64,000 nucleotides of DNA from a virus (Duplodnaviria; Caudoviricetes): positions 7,094 to 71,093 of the IMG/VR virus record IMGVR_UViG_3300025018_000148; one strand, 5' to 3'. Position 1 is the first letter of the stretch. Each line of letters begins with the position of its first letter. Made by a program: the position numbers and the translations under genes. Under the pieces are notes generated by a model. It was not told where the DNA came from. It saw nothing but the letters and a program-made list of their open reading frames with translations, and did not search any database. Shown one piece after another: positions 1 to 8,111 of this stretch.

Positions 1-2
1 AC

Positions 3-338
3 ACCGTTGATTATTGGGTAGGGCAGTCGGTCGTGCCCGAATTGTGGGTGGAGAAGGATGCGTTGATTGACGTGATTCGCACCGCTTCCCGAGGGTATGA
101 CGTGACCACGTTCTCTTCCCGAGGCTACCCCAGCGACTCCGCCCTCTATGAGGCGGCTCAGCGGATCAAAGCGAGGTATCGCGAGGAAGGGCAACAGACC
201 AAGGTTCGCCACAAAGGGTTGGACAAAACCGTGCGTGTCGTGGTGGGCAACTTCGGATCTCGTGCGACTGCCTTCGATGCGGTGGACATCACGAACCCTC
301 CCGAGTGGCAGATCTTTCGCCCCCACTACCAACCTTGA
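3..338 (+). CDS. 5'-partial ORF; N-terminal part resembles phage Toprim/TopoVI-A-like family, apparently chimeric C-terminus
   Basis: Frame is open from base 3: TVDYWVGQSVVPELWVEKDAL...SRGYPSDSALYEAAQRI matches the DxWxxQ..vEvWvEKDAL..RGYxS family motif; the expected downstream GDxDPSG motif is absent. Confidence 0.55.
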   Translation, partial: TVDYWVGQSVVPELWVEKDALIDVIRTASRGYDVTTFSSRGYPSDSALYEAAQRIKARYREEGQQTKVRHKGLDKTVRVVVGNFGSRATAFDAVDITNPPEWQIFRPHYQP

Positions 339-371
339 TTTCGTTCAACCTCACACCTAGCTATACCTACC

Positions 372-1949
372 ATGAAATTCGATGTCGCAAATACCGCAGT
401 CTACAATCGGGGCTCCGCTCCATTGACCTTCCTTGTTGAACTGGTCAACATTGTTCGGGGTCTGCCCGACGAGATCGTCAGTCCCGAATACAAGTCCTCC
501 TCCGAGGAGGACATCTTCGCTTTCCTGCAACGAGGTGTCCCTGCCGCGTATCAGATCGACTCGGCCCGCCCCATTGAACGGAAGGCGTGGCTTTGCGAGG
601 TGCTCCGGGTTCTCGGGGGCTTTGAATCCTCGTGGAATTGGTTGGAGGGACGGGACACCACCAACCCCGCTTCGTTCACCCCCTGCACCACGGAAGCCGG
701 GATCTTCCAGTGCTCCGGGAACTCGACCTATTTCGATCTGTCCCTCAAGGATACCGTGGCGAAGTATGCGAGGCAGGCGAACATTAACATCGAAAAGCTT
801 TCCGCCGACAAGGTCTGCGAATTGTTTCAGGTGCTCTCGAAGCAGAGTCACGCTTTCGCCGTCGAATACGTGTGCCGCTTGCTGCGGTTCACGATTCGCC
901 ACCACGGTCCAATCAAACGTGGTGAGATCCTGCCGTGGCTTCGTGAGGGTGCCTACAAAGAGTTCCTCCGCAATCTTGAGGAACCGGCTACCATTCCCGT
1001 TCCGGTGCCTCCCTCCAAACCCGAGCCGATTCGGATCGTTCTCGATCCCGGTCACGGGGGGCATGACTCCGGAGCCCTCGGCTCCCTCATGCTCGGAGGC
1101 AAGGCAACCGAGTTCACCGAGAAGGACATCGTGCTACGGGTCAGCAACGAGTTGCTCAGGATCTTGAGCACGGACTCTCGATTCTCGGCGACTGCCACCC
1201 GGACGACGGACAAGTTCTTGACCCTTGGTGACCGCTCCCGGCGTGCCAACGAGCGCAACGCCGCTCTGCTGAGCATTCACGCCAACTCGGGAGGCGGCAC
1301 CGGGCACGAGGTCTACACCTACTTCGGTCAGTCCCCTTCCGACCCAATCGCCACCTCCCTCTACGATGCCTACGACTCGGCTTTCCCCGAGCTTGTGGGT
1401 CGCCCGCATTTGGGGGACGGGGACCCTGACAAGGAAGCCAGTTTTGCCGTGCTCCGGAACACCAAGGGGCCTGCGGTCCTCTACGAACTGGGGTTCATGG
1501 ATCGCCGGGAAGACCTCGCGCTCATGGTGGACACCGAGTTCCCCGCCCGCGCCGCCATCGCGCTCTATCTGGGGCTCCTGAGAGCGTGGAATCTCGGTGC
1601 CCCTGTCGAGCCCCCTGTCGAGCCCCCTGTCGAGCCCCCTGTCGAGCCTCCTGTGCCTCCTGTGCCTCCTGTGCCGCCTGCGCCGCCTGCGCCCCCTGTC
1701 GAGCCCCCTGTGCCCCCTGCGCCTCCTGTCGAGCCTCCTGTCGAGCCTCCTGTCGAGCCTCCTGTGCCTTCGGAGAGCCCCACGAGCGAGGAGAAGACGA
1801 GGATCGCCGCATGGCTCCTCCGAGGGGCCTTGGATCGTGAGGCAAAACTCCCGGCTCTGCTGGAAGACCAGACCATCGGCACGTTCTACGCCATGTGCCG
1901 GGAAGCGGCTGCTCTCCGGGATGCAGCCCGTATTCTTCAAGAGGCATGA
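372..1949 (+). CDS. Endolysin: lysozyme/SLT-like N-terminal domain + N-acetylmuramoyl-L-alanine amidase (Amidase_3) + Pro-rich linker
   Basis: IVLDPGHGGHDSGA, TEKDI, LLSIHANS and VLYELGF are Amidase_3 zinc/catalytic motifs; the N-terminal FESSWNW...EAGIFQ resembles a lysozyme-like fold. Confidence 0.85.
   Translation: MKFDVANTAVYNRGSAPLTFLVELVNIVRGLPDEIVSPEYKSSSEEDIFAFLQRGVPAAYQIDSARPIERKAWLCEVLRVLGGFESSWNWLEGRDTTNPASFTPCTTEAGIFQCSGNSTYFDLSLKDTVAKYARQANINIEKLSADKVCELFQVLSKQSHAFAVEYVCRLLRFTIRHHGPIKRGEILPWLREGAYKEFLRNLEEPATIPVPVPPSKPEPIRIVLDPGHGGHDSGALGSLMLGGKATEFTEKDIVLRVSNELLRILSTDSRFSATATRTTDKFLTLGDRSRRANERNAALLSIHANSGGGTGHEVYTYFGQSPSDPIATSLYDAYDSAFPELVGRPHLGDGDPDKEASFAVLRNTKGPAVLYELGFMDRREDLALMVDTEFPARAAIALYLGLLRAWNLGAPVEPPVEPPVEPPVEPPVPPVPPVPPAPPAPPVEPPVPPAPPVEPPVEPPVEPPVPSESPTSEEKTRIAAWLLRGALDREAKLPALLEDQTIGTFYAMCREAAALRDAARILQEA
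1601..1769 (+). repeat. Tandem 12-bp/9-bp repeats encoding a (VEPP)n/(VPP)n linker
   Basis: Repeated cctgtcgagccc/cctgtcgagcct units in the endolysin 3' part. Confidence 0.9.
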
Positions 1950-2419
1950 GGAAGCGAAAGGGAGTGTATTGGAAGTGGGTGTCCACCGGACCCTACGAGA
2001 CCGACGTTCTCGTGGTGCTCGGCGGAGATACCTGCAATGCGACCGAGATCTTTCGAACCGAGATGGAGAAGGCGGGTTTCGAACTCCCGCCTTTCCCCGA
2101 AGCTATGATTGATGATACAACCACCAATGGTAGGTTCTTCAACTTTCATGGCATTCGGGACTGCGGGATCTGGTTCCCCAAAATCCCTGACAATGTCCGG
2201 GAGATAGGGACGGTCGCTCACGAGAGCGTCCATGTCGCCAACCACACCCTCGCCCGATGTGGAGTTCACTATTCGGTGGAGGGCATGGAAGGAGCGGAGT
2301 CACCGAATGACGAACCGTGGGCTTACTTTGTTGGGTTCCTTGTTCGTTCCATCCTATCCTTTGCCAACGAGGTGCGAGCGGACCTCACTAAGAAAAAACC
2401 TGCGACCAAAAAATCCTAA
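1946..2419 (+). CDS. Hypothetical protein with HExxH motif (metallopeptidase-like)
   Basis: ATGA overlap with the endolysin stop; AHESVHVANH followed by NDEPWAY. Confidence 0.6.
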   Translation: MRKRKGVYWKWVSTGPYETDVLVVLGGDTCNATEIFRTEMEKAGFELPPFPEAMIDDTTTNGRFFNFHGIRDCGIWFPKIPDNVREIGTVAHESVHVANHTLARCGVHYSVEGMEGAESPNDEPWAYFVGFLVRSILSFANEVRADLTKKKPATKKS

Positions 2420-2431
2420 CCTCAACATATC

Positions 2432-2947
2432 ATGCCCCGAGTAACCCGAGTAGCCAAAGCACGCAAATCCCAAGGGACTTGTTCCAAGTGCGGAACCAAG
2501 ATCAAGGCCGGAGACCCCTACCTCTGGTGGAAGTTCAAAGTCGGCGGCAGAAGGAACCGTTGTGCGGCTCCGGCTTGCGCTCCACGAGCTTCCGATCTGA
2601 CCCAGTCCGAGTTTCTCGGGCAGTTGTATGACCTCCAAGAGCAGGTCTCGGGGTGTCGCTCCGGCGACGAGCTTCAGGAACTCGCCGATCAGGTGCGGGA
2701 TCTTGGCTCCGAGCAGGAGGACAAGCTCTCCAACATGCCCGACAGCCTCCAGTATTCGCCCTCCGGGGAGATGCTTCAGGAACGCGCCGACTACTGCTTG
2801 GAGTGGGTGGACGAATTGGAGAGCCACGCGCACGAGTTCGAGGAGCTTCAGGAAGCCATGGACGCAGCGGAAGACGAGGAAGCGGTTCTCGAAGCGGAAG
2901 AAGCCATTGAGAACTGGGCGTCCTCGATCCCCGACTACCCCGGATGA
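2432..2947 (+). CDS. Hypothetical protein: basic Zn-finger-like N-terminus + very acidic helical C-terminus
   Basis: CSKC...C..PAC motif; D/E-rich tail; A/C-rich leader before ATG. Confidence 0.7.
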   Translation: MPRVTRVAKARKSQGTCSKCGTKIKAGDPYLWWKFKVGGRRNRCAAPACAPRASDLTQSEFLGQLYDLQEQVSGCRSGDELQELADQVRDLGSEQEDKLSNMPDSLQYSPSGEMLQERADYCLEWVDELESHAHEFEELQEAMDAAEDEEAVLEAEEAIENWASSIPDYPG

Positions 2948-3177
2948 GTCTCGAACTTACACAGGAAGTGTCCCTCGCAAAGTTGATGGACGTGACACCG
3001 GTCGGGGGGTTCTTTCTCACGACCCGTGACGCTCGTTACATCACAAGGTATGCGGGGAGAAAGAGGTTGAAGATCCGGGTGCAATCGGTCAAGTTCTTCC
3101 ACCACTCCTCGGACGAACTTGTCTCGGGCAACGTGGTCACCGTGCTGGAACGAATCCCGAAAGACGATGAAGCCTGA
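2944..3177 (+). CDS. Hypothetical protein
   Basis: ATGA-coupled ORF, 77 aa. Confidence 0.6.
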   Translation: MSLELTQEVSLAKLMDVTPVGGFFLTTRDARYITRYAGRKRLKIRVQSVKFFHHSSDELVSGNVVTVLERIPKDDEA

Positions 3178-3475
3178 TGTCTGCAACAACCTACTCCACG
3201 AGACTCTCGCCAAGGTATTGATGAACGCGGCGCACGTAAACCCCGAGATTACCGGGTTCATCACCTTGGAGTTTGTCCGGCAATTGGAGATCCTCGTGTT
3301 CATGACGACCGGGAATTCCTTCAACCCTCCCATGCACAAGAACTCGTGCTTCCTTCCGGTGGTCCCGGATGGAAGCACGGCGAGGATTCTTTTCAGAGTC
3401 AGCCCCAGCCCTCGCATCGCTCTGGCTGCGTGGGAGGTCACTTCCAAACAATCCAGAGTAGCTCTGCAAAACTAA
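3167..3475 (+). CDS. Hypothetical protein
   Basis: ATG at 3167 overlaps the end of the previous gene and fills the gap. Confidence 0.5.
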   Translation: MKPDVCNNLLHETLAKVLMNAAHVNPEITGFITLEFVRQLEILVFMTTGNSFNPPMHKNSCFLPVVPDGSTARILFRVSPSPRIALAAWEVTSKQSRVALQN

Positions 3476-3481
3476 CCCGGT

Positions 3482-3730
3482 ATGAAATACGTTATCTTCG
3501 ATCAAATGGGGCAAGAGCGAGTGGTGGTCTTCGATGAAGAGATCTCTCACGCTTGCGTCGTTCACCCTGAAAACGGGGAGCCTGTCGCTGCGGGATTCTT
3601 CTACGTCGATTTCGATGGGAGCGTGGTTCTCGACAAACGTCCCGCGCAGAGTCTCGCCGACCTTGGACCTCGCCCCCAAGACGCTTCCAGCATCTCCCTG
3701 TTGCTCAAGGGATTCTCGTCTCTTGAGTGA
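3482..3730 (+). CDS. Small phage hypothetical protein (MKY...H...PVxAGF family)
   Basis: 82-aa ORF with typical codon usage; pattern recognisable in small phage proteins. Confidence 0.65.
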   Translation: MKYVIFDQMGQERVVVFDEEISHACVVHPENGEPVAAGFFYVDFDGSVVLDKRPAQSLADLGPRPQDASSISLLLKGFSSLE

Positions 3731-3772
3731 ACCAACCTTGCTCTCTTCCACGAATTCAATACCTAAACTATT

Positions 3773-4570
3773 ATGGATAGACTCGAAATACCCGCAACTC
3801 TTTCGTGGGAAGAAATCTCGCCCAAGCTTCCGGAGTGGGCGGTGAAGTTCAACGATGAGCAGAGAGCCTTGGTCCCCGAGATCCTTGACGCCTTGGTCGC
3901 GAATTGGGTCCGGGACGACTGGTTCACCACCCTCGATTTCCGCTATCTCCCGGACACGGTGGGGGACGGAGGGACACCCTACGGCAATGTCGTCCAGTCG
4001 GTTCTCGAATCCCCCCTCGTTTGGTATCACCCGGACGGGGTTCTCAAACAGCCTTTGCTCGACATCGTGGTGGAGAATACCAGATACTTGTTCTCCAACT
4101 TCATTCAGCGGCAGGCTCGCAAAGCCCCGTATTCTTTCAACACCGATTCCTTGAACACCATGCTGCGACTGCCGGGGTGGAAGGAGCTTGTGGATTTCCC
4201 CCACGAGGACCGATACCCGGAGCAGCACGGGAAGGAGCCCATTGCCCCCTACATTCTTAAAGACGAGGGCGAGAGGGTCAAGTTGGTGCCTTCCGACCGG
4301 TATGAAGCCGCCCGTTGGTGGGATCGGATTGTCGTGCAACCGGGGTGGCTGTCCGTGGAAGTCCCTCGGCCCCTGTCTTCTGCCTACTGCTACGGGTCGC
4401 ACCCACAAACCCCCGAGAACTGGCGTGGGGAATGGAAGTGGTTGAACGCCCGCGAGACGATTGGGGAGACAACCTACATTCGTTTCGACGAAGGCTACTT
4501 CCGGGGGCGCTTCGTCGTTCGGACGGACTTCATGGAATTCAAGATCCGGCGCTTCCGGACCCGCATTTAA
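3773..4570 (+). CDS. Degenerate, internally deleted paralogue of the major capsid protein
   Basis: Collinear matches to MCP 31135-32304: PDTVG/PDEMG, QSVLESPLV/QTALESPPV, IVVENT/ILTQNT, YEAA/YETA, GEWKWLN/GDWKWLN, GYFRGRF/GYFRGIF. Confidence 0.8.
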   Translation: MDRLEIPATLSWEEISPKLPEWAVKFNDEQRALVPEILDALVANWVRDDWFTTLDFRYLPDTVGDGGTPYGNVVQSVLESPLVWYHPDGVLKQPLLDIVVENTRYLFSNFIQRQARKAPYSFNTDSLNTMLRLPGWKELVDFPHEDRYPEQHGKEPIAPYILKDEGERVKLVPSDRYEAARWWDRIVVQPGWLSVEVPRPLSSAYCYGSHPQTPENWRGEWKWLNARETIGETTYIRFDEGYFRGRFVVRTDFMEFKIRRFRTRI

Positions 4571-4597
4571 CTTCTACCCTATCAACCTAACATACTA

Positions 4598-5905
4598 ATG
4601 GAACTGACCATACACCCACCTATCGACAAACTGGACGAGTATGTCCTGCAACAGCTAGAGGAGTCTGATCTCTCCGAGGAACAGAGAGCCTTGGCTCGGG
4701 AGATCATCACCACCCGCGACAACTTCCTCGTCACCGGGAATGCGGGGGTGGGTAAGAGCCACCTCCTCAATTGGCTTCGCCGGTTCATCAACCTCTCGGT
4801 GACTGCGTCTACCGGGATCGCTGCGATCCAGATCAAGGGGAGCACGATTCATGCGTTCGCCGGTCTCGGTATCGGCAAGCAGACCGCAGCGCAGATCGTG
4901 AACAGCCTTGCGGAGAAGGCGTTCAAATACAACGACCGCACCCTTCGTCGCCTTCAAGAATGTGAGCGTCTTGTCATCGACGAGGTCTCCATGCTGGATG
5001 CCGACATGCTCGATCTGCTGGAGCAGGTGCTCATGCTGGCTCGGGGCCGGGAAGAATCCTTCGGAGGCGTCCAGATGATCTTCATCGGGGACTTCCTGCA
5101 ACTGCCCCCTGTCACGAAGAAGGGACCCCCGAAGTTCGCGTTCACGGCGGAGTCGTGGCAGAATGCCGGGGTCAACGTCCGCCTGCTCACCAAGGTTTTT
5201 CGGCAACAGGACGAACACTTTTCCGCGATCCTCAACAAGATTCGTTTCGGAGAGACGGACGACGAGGTGTTCCAGTTCTTGAAGGCGCGGCACAAGGCAG
5301 TGGACACCGACCCGGCGCATCCTCCTTGCATCCTTCACACCCACAATGCCGGGTGTGAGGAGAAGAATTTGACCGAACTCGCCCGCCTGCCGGGGGAGGA
5401 AGTCATCCTCGAAGCGACCGAGTCGAGCAAGCATCCGAACTTCGCCAGTCAGATTGACAAAGAATGTTTGGCTCCTCAAAAGCTGCACCTCAAACTCGGA
5501 GCACGGGTCATGCTTCTCGCGAACTACAACCTGTCTCGGGGTCTTGCGAACGGGTCCCTCGGGGTGGTGCAGCAGATCTCTACGACGGAGGTCGAGGTCC
5601 TGTTCGACAACGGGGAGACCTGCAATGTCATCGAGTCCGATTACGAACTCATCCGTGGGGACGAAGTCGTCGCCACCCGGAAGCAGTTTCCTCTGCGCCT
5701 TGCGTGGGCGATCACGATCCACAAGAGTCAGGGGATGACCATCCCCAAGGTCGAGGCGCACCTCGCCGGGTGCTTCGCCAAGGGACAGTCCTACGTGGCG
5801 CTCTCGCGGGCCAAGACTGCGGAGGGTCTGTTCCTTCGGGGTGGCAGCGCCAACATCGAGGCGCACCCCAAAGCGGTTAAATTCTACCAAGAGCACTGCC
5901 GATGA
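4598..5905 (+). CDS. Pif1/RecD-like SF1B DNA helicase
   Basis: GNAGVGKS Walker A, ASTGIAA, IDEVSM, GDFLQLPPV, VFRQ, QFPLRLAWAITIHKSQG, YVALSR. Confidence 0.92.
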   Translation: MELTIHPPIDKLDEYVLQQLEESDLSEEQRALAREIITTRDNFLVTGNAGVGKSHLLNWLRRFINLSVTASTGIAAIQIKGSTIHAFAGLGIGKQTAAQIVNSLAEKAFKYNDRTLRRLQECERLVIDEVSMLDADMLDLLEQVLMLARGREESFGGVQMIFIGDFLQLPPVTKKGPPKFAFTAESWQNAGVNVRLLTKVFRQQDEHFSAILNKIRFGETDDEVFQFLKARHKAVDTDPAHPPCILHTHNAGCEEKNLTELARLPGEEVILEATESSKHPNFASQIDKECLAPQKLHLKLGARVMLLANYNLSRGLANGSLGVVQQISTTEVEVLFDNGETCNVIESDYELIRGDEVVATRKQFPLRLAWAITIHKSQGMTIPKVEAHLAGCFAKGQSYVALSRAKTAEGLFLRGGSANIEAHPKAVKFYQEHCR

Positions 5906-6126
5906 TCGCAGTGTCCCGGAGAGACCTTCGCACTCGGCAGGGGCGGCGAGAGGAGATCCTCGAACAAATCCAACAGCACGGAGGGTTCTCGATTTTTTGG
6001 ATCGCGGATAACCGGGTGCGAGCGAGCGTGGCTCAGAAGATGCAAGACTCCGGGGAGATCGTGACCGATACCAAGACCTGCGGTTTCCCGTGGATTAAAG
6101 TGACGCTTGCAACCCGAACTAAATGA
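5902..6126 (+). CDS. Hypothetical protein
   Basis: ATGA-coupled to the helicase. Confidence 0.6.
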   Translation: MIAVSRRDLRTRQGRREEILEQIQQHGGFSIFWIADNRVRASVAQKMQDSGEIVTDTKTCGFPWIKVTLATRTK

Positions 6127-6326
6127 GACCCCTTTCCATCCGACTTCGAAGACTCTGGTATGCTTGGTTCGCAAGACGCGATTACGGGAGAGAGCTTTCC
6201 CGGAGAGCAGAAGTCGAACAAGAGTTGTGGAACGTATACCATGGGAAGCGGGAAACTTTCACCAAAGAAGAGTGCCGGAAGTTGGCACTTAAACTCGGAG
6301 TCCCTGAACGACTTCGGGGCAGATAA
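6123..6326 (+). CDS. Hypothetical protein
   Basis: ATGA-coupled 67-aa ORF. Confidence 0.55.
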   Translation: MRPLSIRLRRLWYAWFARRDYGRELSRRAEVEQELWNVYHGKRETFTKEECRKLALKLGVPERLRGR

Positions 6327-6368
6327 ACTTTCTCAGCAGTCGTTGAGAACAACCCAAAATAGTATATT

Positions 6369-6998
6369 ATGCAAACTGAAATCCAGTCCGGCAGTCCCGG
6401 ACAACACCCCATCACGCGAGTTGATGCCCCCGGCAAAGGCGGCGCGTCTCACGCTTACGTCATTCTCGGGCTCGCCTTGGTGAGTCAGAACCCCTCCTAC
6501 GACCTTCTCCCCCTGCAATTCCAGCCGCAGCGCCGGGGCATCGGGCTCCTCTTTCAACAGGGGGCACCGGGGGGTAGCGAGGACGACCCGCAGTCGAATG
6601 GGATTCATAGCGAGGATCTCCTTGCCATCCTGATTGACCGGCACGAGGGCTTCGCCCAAGGTCCGTTCAACTGTCCCGAGAACGACGAGGTGGTGGCGCA
6701 TCTCAAGGCGGCTCTCGCCCTGCTCGATTCCCGCCGTGCCCGTCGCCAGCAGGCAGGGGTCTTGGGTCAGCAGGTCGCCGATCCCCGACCGGCAGGGGAA
6801 GCTCCTACCCCGGCAGTCGATGACTGGCGGGTCGGCGACTTTCTCAAGTATGCGGGTTCCGAGTATGAGATCGCGGAAAAACCCTCTGAGGGTTTCGTCG
6901 GGATCTTTGATGAGCGTCCGCATTCCGACCACATCGATTTCGTCAAGATTGACAACGTCGTCTTCTCTCGCGTGGGGGAGCCCGAAGGGAGCTCTTGA
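6369..6998 (+). CDS. tad1: Tad1-like (Thoeris anti-defence) signal-sponge domain with ~75-aa C-terminal extension
   Basis: GKGGASHAYVI...LFQQG...NGIHSEDLLAILIDRHEGFAQGPFNCPEN...HLKAALALLDSRRARRQQAGVLG follows the Tad1 pattern GPGGAxHxY..FQxG..GV.xxDLL.I..DRL..FQ.GPF..REN..A..H.E.AL.....R...R....V.G as recalled. Confidence 0.78.
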   Translation: MQTEIQSGSPGQHPITRVDAPGKGGASHAYVILGLALVSQNPSYDLLPLQFQPQRRGIGLLFQQGAPGGSEDDPQSNGIHSEDLLAILIDRHEGFAQGPFNCPENDEVVAHLKAALALLDSRRARRQQAGVLGQQVADPRPAGEAPTPAVDDWRVGDFLKYAGSEYEIAEKPSEGFVGIFDERPHSDHIDFVKIDNVVFSRVGEPEGSS

Positions 6999-7390
6999 CC
7001 GATTCCGGGGAGGGCTCCAGCCCTTCCAGCGAAGAATCCTCGACTGGTTCGCCGACCCCGGCTCCCCTCGATTCCTCTTCCTCCACGGACCCCGTCGAGA
7101 CCTCACCTTCGATCTCGAACACGTCCGATGGAAGTTCCGAAACGAGCGAGAGCCCGACCCAGACGACTGGGAATCCTCCGGTCTCGGATACCTCACTCGA
7201 CTCTTCTTCGGGGAGCACGGAGCCCGCGAATACCGGAAGCGGCAACTCGCCCGTCGAGCCCCCTCTGGCTGTCGAGGAGATGACGACAAAGGAACTCTAT
7301 GACGAAGCGGTCAGCCGGGACATTCCCGGTCGCTCGTCCATGAGCAAGGAAGAGCTTCAAACGGCAGTGACCAAGGCGCGTAAAGCGTAA
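6995..7390 (+). CDS. Ser/Thr/Pro-rich disordered protein with C-terminal Rho-termination-factor N-terminal-like (Rho_N) domain
   Basis: TTGA overlap with the tad1 stop; C-terminus MTTKELYDEAVSRDIPGRSSMSKEELQTAV is the Rho_N-like motif. Confidence 0.65.
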   Translation: MTDSGEGSSPSSEESSTGSPTPAPLDSSSSTDPVETSPSISNTSDGSSETSESPTQTTGNPPVSDTSLDSSSGSTEPANTGSGNSPVEPPLAVEEMTTKELYDEAVSRDIPGRSSMSKEELQTAVTKARKA

Positions 7391-7415
7391 CTGCCCGCCC
7401 CAGCCCCGCACGAAG

Positions 7416-7456
7416 GAGGCTCTGCTGGTTTCGACCGGCAGAGCCTCTATTCTTTC
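7416..7456 (+). terminator. Intrinsic terminator where the + and - blocks converge
   Basis: gaggctctgctggt-TTCG-accggcagagcctc followed by tattctttt. Confidence 0.75.
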
Positions 7457-8061
7457 CCGGCGTCCTTGCTCAGCCAACAGTGGGCGGGGTAGTCGTGAGT
7501 GGGGTCCACGACCTCCTTGAGGATCTCGTCCGGGAGGCAGACTTTGAGCTTCAGGACGCAGCCACATACCTTGCAGTTCCGGAGTTCCTTCTCCCGGTGA
7601 ACCTTGGCATCCCGGTCGAGGAACTCAGCGAGCCACCGTAGGACGCCCTGACAGCCGTAGCAGCCCTTCACGTCCACGTTCAGGGGGCAGGCGGCGCAGA
7701 TGTCCGCCCGAGCCCGTATCGTCGCAGCAGGAGCCACGGAGAAGCCTTTCTTGACCACCCACGCCCGAACTGTCCGGAAGAAGCGCAGGAGATCCACGAT
7801 CCGGATACGGCGCTCCTCGGGGGTCTTGACTCCCGGCTCCCGGCAGAAGCGTTCCTCAATCTCGGGAATCGAACAGAGTTCCAGTTGAACCTCCTCCCAC
7901 CATCCGGAGGAGAGGTCGAAGCCATTGGCTCTGCGATGCTGGTAGATTCGGGACTTGAGATCGGCAGGAGTCAGGGCTCGAATGAGGAACCCCGACTCCT
8001 GCTGGGTGTAGGTCCAACCTCCCGGAGGAGTGGTGCTGACATCTGCGAGAATCATGGACAT
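7447..8061 (-). CDS. Cys-rich (multiple CxxC) hypothetical protein
   Basis: ICAACPLN, CYGC, CKVCGCVLKLKVC, HCW; start refined to ATG at 8061. Confidence 0.75.
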   Translation of the reverse strand: MSMILADVSTTPPGGWTYTQQESGFLIRALTPADLKSRIYQHRRANGFDLSSGWWEEVQLELCSIPEIEERFCREPGVKTPEERRIRIVDLLRFFRTVRAWVVKKGFSVAPAATIRARADICAACPLNVDVKGCYGCQGVLRWLAEFLDRDAKVHREKELRNCKVCGCVLKLKVCLPDEILKEVVDPTHDYPAHCWLSKDAGKE

Positions 8062-8100
8062 AAAAAAGGGAGCCGGGGCGCATGGCGTCACCCCGGCTCC
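8062..8100 (-). terminator. Intrinsic terminator
   Basis: Minus strand GGAGCCGGGG-loop-CCCCGGCTCC-CTTTTTT immediately downstream of the 8414-8112 gene. Confidence 0.75.
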
Positions 8101-8111
8101 CACCGAGCGGG

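Noticed and set aside
6994-7302. Alternative frame reading LQPFQRRILDWF...RFLFLHGPRR, superficially like a terminase N-terminus
   Set aside because: No start near the region. Its L/F/R richness is the expected shadow of the TCx/GAx codons of the Ser/Glu-rich ORF, which runs in frame into a clear Rho_N motif
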